From Paramecium tetraurelia (Eukaryota): DNA of 64,000 nucleotides. The notes below the pieces were generated by a model. That model saw only the letters and a program-made list of their open reading frames with translations. It was not told where the DNA came from and did not search any database. The DNA lies in NCBI GenBank assembly GCA_000165425.1, contig CT867990.1:186001-250000 (forward strand). The letters are read 5' to 3'. This document shows, piece by piece, positions 55,756 through 64,000 of this stretch. Numbering within the stretch: the stretch's first letter is position 1; each line of letters starts with the position of its first letter. The translations under genes and the position numbers were made by a program.

Positions 55756-56509
55756 TCAAGGAGTACCTTCTTTGACTGTTTATTATTGGATCTGCCTAAT
55801 CGACTTATATTCGTCCATAAACGTAGTATTGATTGAACTGGAGTATGATTTAGATTTTATTTAATCTAGCTGTTCGAACACTTACTAAAATACCCATTTA
55901 AAAGTGCTCACCTATTCTATTTGCTAAATTAATAAATGTATAAAGAACACATTCTTACATTTAATGTAATAAAAATTTTGTTGACTGAATCTGATTTCTG
56001 TTCATTGATAAATAATTTGATAGCCATAATCATTATTGTTGCTGATGTTGTGTGATCCTTTTATTAGAATACAGGAAATGCTACAGATCTCATTTGTCTG
56101 GCATTTGCCTAATTTAGATGAATGGATACCATTTTCAAACAATTTTGAATGGTTTCATAAATTAATTGTCTCTCTTCATCTTGTTAATCTTAGATACTTA
56201 TTTCATTAGTTTCTTGAACAACAGCCAAAATATAATTTTTTTTGTTCTCTAATCTTATTAATCTTTCTGTTTACTTTTGGTCGATCCCACAAAAATGCAG
56301 TTCCCATTCGTTGGTATAAAGGTGGGTTTATCAGTTTAGGGAACATTTGAAAATTATTCATCAGTTGGTTAAACTATACAATCTACTTACTCCTTCTCTA
56401 TATTTCCTGCGGTTAAAATGACATCACATCCATTAAGTCTCTATTAACATAATAATTGAGACATTGTAGATTGCATCCCACTTTTAGAATAGCAAAAATT
56501 ATTTCCCAT
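55756..56509 (-). CDS. Degenerate Macro-domain protein with N-myristoylation-like start
   Basis: MGNNFC; VILTAGNIEKEQVDCIVQPTD, YETIQNCLK, RSVAFPVF correspond to macro-domain strands and helices. Confidence 0.6.
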
Positions 56510-58015
56510 TATAATTTTATATTATTAAACTATTATAAATAATTGATTTATTCACGTTATCTTACTTATTACATAAGAACTTTCATTTCCTCTTAGAATA
56601 CTTGCATTAATTTATAATTTTCATTTTAATCTTACATTTATATTAAAAATATTGAGAATCAATATAATTTTTAGATAAATTTACAAGTTACAGTGCTTAA
56701 TTCAAATTATTAAACTTATTGTATTTTTCCATTCATTACACCACCTCATTAATATAATTATAATAATTTCATTATTTATCTAGGTTTGATTAATAGAAAT
56801 TTCTATTAATAAATGATGAAATTTCAATTTTTATTATGAGAAAATAGTTGTTTTAAGTGAATAAAAGTGAATTTAAAAAAGTATATAATAGAATTAAGAT
56901 TTTAAATTTAATATAATTAATATGATTCATTTACGGAATAAATATTCGTTGTAATTAAGAATAAATTTCTTATTAAAGCGTTATTAAAGTACATAAATAC
57001 TTGCTCAATTTTGTCTTTGAATTTAACTATAAATAATTAAAAGTATATTCGAAATTTTTTTTTCCAATTCTAACATTTAAAATAGCCATTTGTTTCCAAT
57101 TATAATTTAATTATCAGATATTACATATTGAATTCCTTTATTGATTTTAAAAAAATATTAAAATATATAATAGTGAATAAAATCTCGTTATTGTCTCAGC
57201 CTATCTTGAAGCTAACTTATTAAATTGTATGCATATATAACTCATTAATAATCAATAATGATATAATTATTTCTTCTTTATTATGTGAAATTCAAATATC
57301 TCTATTGAGATATTATAGTTTAGATATCTGATGTCTTTTTTAAAGTATTCAAAACAAGATAAATGAGAAAAAGATTTATTAAGCAATTATATAAGATAGA
57401 TTCACCACTGATGGTTAGATATTATTTAGATTTTTTTATTAGATTCATTTAAAGACAAATTTAAGATAAAGTATTATAATTCTCTTTCTATCAAGGTAAT
57501 TTAAAACTTTAATTACCTTTATCTTGCCTTAATTTCTAAATCTTCTTATTATAATATTTTTATTAAATTACTTCAAGATATTTTTGATCTTGATCGGCAG
57601 ACTATTATATTAATGTATTTTATATATGTTTATTATATGATATCTACAATAAAATGTGTTCTATTTGATTTTTGATATTGAATTTCTTGGCATATTTAGT
57701 TCTCTATTGGATTTTTAAAAAGATAAATTATTTTCTTTTAGAGAACAAAACATTTCAGCAAATTAGATTCAAAAAGGTAAAATATTTGATATAAATAATT
57801 TAATATACTTTTCTAGATGAAATTCATTATGTTTTCCAACCTAATTGGAACACATTTTGAGTCTCTAGAGTATATGAGGTAACAGGATTATGATCTGGAG
57901 GGAACAACTGGAATCGACCTTCAATCTCCATATTGATTAACTCCCTCTTGCATTTCCTGATTGCCAACCCTCATTCCATTATAAGCTTACTTTTTACATT
58001 CTATTATTTTTAGGA

Positions 58016-59462
58016 ATGTACAACAGAAGACCTGAAAGCAGAAATTCACAAATTACAATTTTACTCCATAAAGTATCAACTGGGTATGAAGTACTGGAGG
58101 TGCAAACAGAATAGCGGAAGGTGATTCAAAAGTCTTCAACATAGGCGCCGAATCCTCTTCCTGTCAAAAAAGAAAGCACCACAACTAACATTACTTAAGA
58201 AGCAACACAAAGCAAGGTAATAATTGGACTTCAAGCTTTTAGAAGGATTGGTTTTTGCAGAATTGGGAAGCAATCATCCCAGCTCCAGCACGTTGGTTTC
58301 AGATCGATTCCATCCATCAGATTGAAAAGGATTCCCTCCCAGAATTTTTCCATCAACATTTTCACAATGACATTTCATACTATAAGGGCAACTACAAGAC
58401 TCCCCTCACTTACCTCAAAATAAGGAATGGGATCCTATAGAAATGGATAAGCACTCAAACTAAATATCTAAAATTTACTGATTGTCTCAATTTTATTAGC
58501 GGAGATGCTTCGTCTTTGCTAAGAGTCTACACCTTCTTAGAACATTGGGGATTAATCAATTTCCAATACAATCCCAACAATCTTCCGAATTAAGGACAAG
58601 TTTACCAACAAAATGGCACCTTCTTGGAAAGAGTGAAGCTTAACTTCCAAAGTAATCAAATCAATTTCCATAGCGATCCTCACAATGAGTAAGAATAATT
58701 TGCATATAATTTTACTTAGATGTCATATTTGTGACATGAAGGCTTATCCATTCCACCAACAAAAGAAGGAGAATTTGGCATCATTTCAATTACAACCATT
58801 ATTGCTATGTAATAATTGTTTCCTTGAAAAAAAATATCCTAAATTTTTGAAAAATGAAGATTTTTGTAAGTTTACCTTCTCACTATCCTTAGCGTAATTA
58901 CAATAGACTTAGAAATATGCTCCATGGACCCAAGATGAGATATATCGATTGTTAGAATTGGTATACAAACACAAAGAGAAATGGAATGAAATTGCAAAAT
59001 ATTTTACGAAACGATCTTTGACTGAAATTGTTAAAATGTATTTATAACTCCCTTATTCCAACATATTTCCATCCTTGGACAAGGAACCATCCATACCAAA
59101 AAAACCAGCAAAAGTATCTTATCATCAATAACTCAAAGGAACACATTACTTTTCATAATGATGTGAGTAATCCAATTCAATTGGGAGTGGCATGTTTCAA
59201 GTCACAATTGGATAAACTCAAATTACCCAATGTTGAAGTAATTCAAAGTTAGGAACCTTAAAAAATGGATGAAAATTTAAAACAGATGATCTCGGTTTAG
59301 ATGGATAAGTTAGAAGAACAATTATTGTATCTTGAAACATATGAGTAATTAATCAATCAAGAAAAATAATGTGTTTAAACTATACAAAAAAAGAATTTAT
59401 AGATGTAAGTGTAGGTGTAGACAAATAATATTGTAAGTGATGACAATATGATGTTTTTATGA
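58016..59462 (+). CDS. SWI3: SWI3/SMARCC-like chromatin remodelling subunit (SWIRM, ZZ-like, SANT)
   Basis: IIPAPARWFQIDSIHQIEKDSLPEFF, FLEHWGLINFQ, CHIC...LCNNCF, WTQDEIYRLLELV...WNEIA. Confidence 0.88.
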
Positions 59463-59875
59463 AACCAACCAATTATAATAAGTGTAACATATCTTAATAA
59501 ATTTCTCACTCTCAGAATTTATCATTTATGATATGTCATAGTCTCTAAAAATTGGCATTTTTCAAACTCAACAAAAAATGGTCGTAATTATCATTTTAAT
59601 TATTTATAATTGACATCCCCCCAAAAATAAATTAATTAATTCTCTTGATGCATATTTTTGTCTTTTTCTTATGAACATTTACACACATATGTTAATTTCA
59701 GATTTCAATAAAATTAAAATTTTACTCTGATTTCTTTATCTAGCCTACAATCATCAAACGCATTCAAGATGTTTGAATTTTGTAGACCTAAATATTGTGT
59801 AATGTTAAAAAGCCATAACTCTTTTTAGATTGATTTTGAACAAAACAATATAAATATTAGTATTTAAAATCAAAT

Positions 59876-60310
59876 TCATAATATAAATTTGTATTGTCTG
59901 CATGTGTATTCAATGGGTTATTTTTTTTGCTTTTATGCACATCTCTTACTGCTGTTTAGTTTTCTTTTGAAATTTCTGACTGCTTGTGATTCTTGGGTTT
60001 GCAGTGCTTATTTATAAAAGTTACAATTACTAGAAAATATAAAAGGTGATCTTTGGGTGGCTGATGTCGGTCGTGAAAAGTAAGACTTTCGTGTTGGAGA
60101 TTGCCGTAGTTTATCAATTACAAGATAAGAGAGGTCGTTAAATTTTTGTAAAGTCGTTTGATGTATTGATTAATCAAATGATTGATTCATCCTTTTCTTA
60201 TAGTTTGCATAATGATATGTATCAGATGTTTAGTAAAGAATGCGATTTCTAATGAATCGTTACATTTTTGGATCATTGTCGAGATGTTGTTTAATGTATA
60301 TATAATCCAT
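59876..60310 (-). CDS. Hypothetical basic protein, 144 aa
   Basis: 435 nt code-6 ORF MDYIYIKQHLDNDPKMQRFIRNR...; 3' end uncertain. Confidence 0.45.
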
Positions 60311-60516
60311 AATATTTATAATAATTTCTAATTTGTAAGCTGAATTTTTTTGATAAGTCAATAAGCATACAACATTATTATAATGCGAATGAAGATAAAT
60401 AATATCTAATTTATGTTCAACATGAATCTCATACATTTATCATAATTTGTATTATTAATTACTATTAAACTTAAATTCAATATCCGTAAAGAATATTATT
60501 TAAACATAGAGCATTA

Positions 60517-61555
60517 ATGATTCCTCTCTCTCTTGATCATATCCACTCGTGCCTGTGCCAATACTGCGAACTTCGGTTGAAGAAATGATTACCAAAAGAC
60601 CCTCATAACAACAACCAATTCCATTTCAAAAGTGGATCTCACAAAAGTGTGTCCAAATATTGACCTAGCAAAGGTTCCAGAATTAAATCCCTATCAATAC
60701 CTGAGTTCTAATAGTCGTCTTTGATACAAAGGATCTTTGGGTCCTTATGGCCCATTATCATCACTAGGTCCTTTGTCCAATCCAGTTTGGTATCTAACCA
60801 TCTAGTTGGACAAAATCTATTTCCCTACTAATTTAGTGGAATTATTTCAATGGACTCAATATTAAAAGGATCTCCTATGTCTAAGGATGGACCATTAGGT
60901 TATAAAGGTCCTTTGGCAACAATCAAATATTATGGTTAAAAAGATCCAGGGAAAACCTTATTTGAAACTAATGACTTTGCTTTCCAATTACGAGCCTTTG
61001 GTTTATGGTCAGCACTTGGTCCAATAGGACCTTTTCGAGACCACTGGGACCACTGGAACCAATAGGAGCTCATAGATACAGAGTGGATCTTAATGGGAAC
61101 TACATTTATGGAACAAATATAGTAAAATCAGTTACCATAGATTATGATGGTTGTAGTACCAGAACATATCCTTTGTATGAATTTTATTAGAGCAGTTACG
61201 CTAAGACGATATTGTTGGATACATCATTTCTAGTTGAGAATGATATTTGGTGCATATCATATTGGTTCTTAACCCTTCAATTAAATATTTACATTTGTTT
61301 TGACTCCTCTGGCAGGTTTAGATTCTTACTCTTTGATTTTACGAGAGAAAGATGGTAGAGTAATGGCTTAATCAAATTTGGAGAACTAAATTCAAACCAT
61401 ATAATTGAATGTGAAGCTGAATACTTAACTTACTATTGAAGTCCATCCTATTTTCCTGCATGCAAGTGTTGGGTCATACAGATTGTTCGTGATTGGATAA
61501 ACATAATATATTAACTCAGTACAATATATCTGGGAATCAGATTTTATTCAATTGA
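60517..61555 (+). pseudogene. Pseudogene of a secreted GPL-repeat protein
   Basis: LGPYGPLSSLGPL, GPLGYKGPL, LWSALGPIGP, PLGPLEPIGAH lie in different frames; in-frame TGA 60722-24; frameshifts near 60530, 60865 and 61035. 3' boundary approximate. Confidence 0.7.
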
Positions 61556-61574
61556 ATTATATTAAATATATATT

Positions 61575-62116
61575 TCATTAGTCCTCAAACTATTTTTTGT
61601 GCATGGCATCTCTAATCAGGTTCTTTTCATTATAGTGTTATTTTCTTTTTTTAACAAATTCTTCGTGTTTTTTTCTTTTTTCCTCTTCTTCTGCAGAATC
61701 ATCATCCATATTTTTTCTTTCCCTATCCAAATCCTCTTTTAATCTTTTATTCAGTTCTTCAATGTCCAGTTTCTTTTAATGTTACTACATTTAATGGACT
61801 TGATTTTACTTGCTGCAATTTTTGTTTATTCAATTGCGCTTATATTAAATCCTGCTCTATTTCATCCTCAACTTCAATTTTATCCTCCTAGAGATTTTAT
61901 TGTATAATTTCATCTTCATAGGGTGTTTTGGGTTCATTAATTTTAGTTTTATTTCCTCTCTCTAAATCTTGCTATCTAATAAAATTAGAATATTCTTTAC
62001 TATATTGTATGCTCATCCCAATGCAATTCTTTCTTCCTACAATAAAATTCATTTCAATACATATCTAGATCCTGTTATGAATTCTTCTTCAAAATTCCCT
62101 TTTACGATTATTTCAT
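61575..62116 (-). CDS. PPP1R2: Protein phosphatase 1 inhibitor-2
   Basis: KGILKK (SILK), LHWDE, KINEPKTPY, FVKKRKQHYNE motifs; two introns. Confidence 0.88.
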
Positions 62117-62361
62117 TTTCCAAGATTTTAATATAAATTACAAATAATTATTTAATATCACACCCCATCATAAAAAATGATTCAAATGGAAATCTCATTT
62201 ATAGATTTCGGAATAGAAATAGAAATAGATATAGGAATGTTATAAAAATAACAGAAATTATAACACATTATTTTTATTTTATTTTTATGCCAATAAAATT
62301 TTATGATTATTATTTTATCTAATTTAAACAAAATGAAAATCTAGAGTAGAATTCATTGACA

Positions 62362-62751
62362 TCACCTTGTTACTTATTTGATAATAGAATCGTTTTTACC
62401 GATGTATTTAGTTTTTTGGTAGATTCTAATTTATTATAAAATGGGTCCAATGTAGTTGCGCTTAAGTTATTTCTTCGGAGAGAATTAAGCCTTCTTTATG
62501 AAGTTCCCTTGCAAGTAATGCTATCTCTGAGACACCGTGTAGGCATTGTCGATGAGTAAGGAGTTCTTGACGTAGCACTAAAAAATTCGATTCTTTTTTG
62601 GTGAGACCGATTAGTGCAACTTACAGTCGATGTGTGTGGGGACAGTATTGGCATAGTTGAGTGACTCACTGAGAAATTTGAGTTGGTTGGTGTACGTATT
62701 TTAATAGGAGTATTCTTCCCATCCCTATAAATGTGATTGTTTTTTGTTCAT
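62362..62751 (-). CDS. Hypothetical protein (reading frame ambiguous)
   Basis: 390 nt ORF from ATG 62751; an overlapping Ser/Thr-rich frame is also open. Confidence 0.4.
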
Positions 62752-62770
62752 ATATTCTTTAAATTAAATA

Positions 62771-64000
62771 ATGCAACCGGTCCAACCTATTGCTGAAGGA
62801 CAGCGAACAAAAATAATATACACACTTATCAAGGATCAAAAGTACAAGGAGGCTATAAATTATTTGAATTACGAGTTGCAATTCTGTCCGAAGAGCAGAG
62901 CCTTATCTTTACTCGCATATTGCCATTACATGAATTAGGATTTCACTTCTGCCGTTGGCATGTACGAAATGGTCTAGATAAATTAGTTATGAACAATTGG
63001 TGAAGTACTATCCTGAGATTGATGATTATAAGATCTACTTGGCATAGTCATATTACAAGGATAGTAAGAAAGTTTTTGAAAAATAGGTCTATACGATGAG
63101 GCATTGAAAGTGTGTGCTTCAATTGAGAATCCTCAATATCAAGGCAAGATGGTGTAATTGTAAGCTCTGATTCGATATGAGAAGAGCGAATTTCAACATG
63201 CGAAGACATTATTAAAATAGAATAACATGGACGATCCAGACTCAGTCATTAATGAAGGGTGCATTTTATTCAAGGAGAATAAGTTCGATGAGGCAAGACA
63301 GCGATTTCAGGACGGAATGAATTTGACTGGTTACTCTTGTGAATTGGCCTACAACATAGCTCTGTGTTATTACAAATAAAAACAATTGGCTCAATCTCTC
63401 AAGTACATAGCCGAGATCATTGAGAGGGGAGTGAGAGAAAGACCAGATTTGGGAGTAGGTTCAAATGCAGAAGGAATCGAAGTCAAGAGTGTTGGTAATT
63501 CCTAAGCATTGAAGGAGTCTGCTTTGATTGAAGCATTCAATTTAAAGGCAGCCATCGAATACTCTATCAAAAATTTTGATGCAGCAAAAGAAGCTTTGGT
63601 TGACATGCCTCCGAGAGAAGAGGACGAATTGGATCCTGTAACTTTGATGAATCAAGCCTTGATGAACATAGAGGAGAAAACAGCGGAAGGGTTTAAAAAG
63701 TTGAATCATTTATTGCAAAATCCGCCATTCCCTCCTGAGACATTTCCGAATCTATTACTGTTGTATTGCAAATATGGCTATTATGACATGGCAGCTGATA
63801 TTCTAGCTGAAAATGCAGATCTCACTTTTAAGACCATTAGTTCAGACGACTTTGAATTTGTAGACGCATTGATTTTGAGTGCAGCGAGTCCAGAGGAATC
63901 CTTTAGAAAGTTTTAGATCTTAGCAAACAAACATATAGACACTCTACGAAGGATCACTAAATCAATTCAGGATGCAAGGTTGAACAGGGACAACGAGGGA
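62771..64000 (+). CDS. IFT70: Intraflagellar transport protein IFT70/TTC30 (partial, runs off window end)
   Basis: IYTLIKDQKYKEAI, LAYNIALCYY, ESALIEAFNLKAAIEY, DMPPREEDELDPVTLMNQAL, PFPPETFPNLLLLYCKY. Confidence 0.93.

Noticed and set aside
62207..62235. ATAGAA-type short tandem repeat (gaatagaaatagaaatagatatagga)
   Set aside because: Only about three degenerate units in AT-rich intergenic DNA; unremarkable.

Overview
This is gene-dense, very AT-rich ciliate macronuclear DNA, most likely Paramecium (aurelia group). Reading frames stay open only if TAA/TAG are read as Gln and TGA is the sole stop (genetic code 6). Genes are interrupted by 20-30 nt GT(A)...AG introns, and the window contains a trichocyst matrix protein gene. 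The supplied ORF track uses the wrong code, so it shows only fragments and antisense shadows. I re-translated by hand and find about 40 protein genes. Recognisable ones are a ~7.5 kb P4-ATPase-like/guanylyl cyclase fusion, an ABCC transporter, an NPC1-like protein lacking the N-terminal domain, SWI3, IFT70, TMEM147, CCDC112, FAM166-like, PP1 inhibitor-2, two importin-alpha-like proteins and two intact kinases. Two clear pseudogenes are present (an M17 aminopeptidase and a GPL-repeat secreted protein). The most notable observations are: three acylated, catalytically dead CDPK-like proteins sharing intron positions; two equal-length multi-TM vestigial histidine-kinase-like proteins; six locally duplicated families; head-to-head genes with 3-19 bp between ATGs; and two GC-rich hairpin-forming intergenic islands that may be unannotated ncRNAs. 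All translations, intron calls and folds were done by eye, and boundaries may be off by an exon or an alternative ATG.
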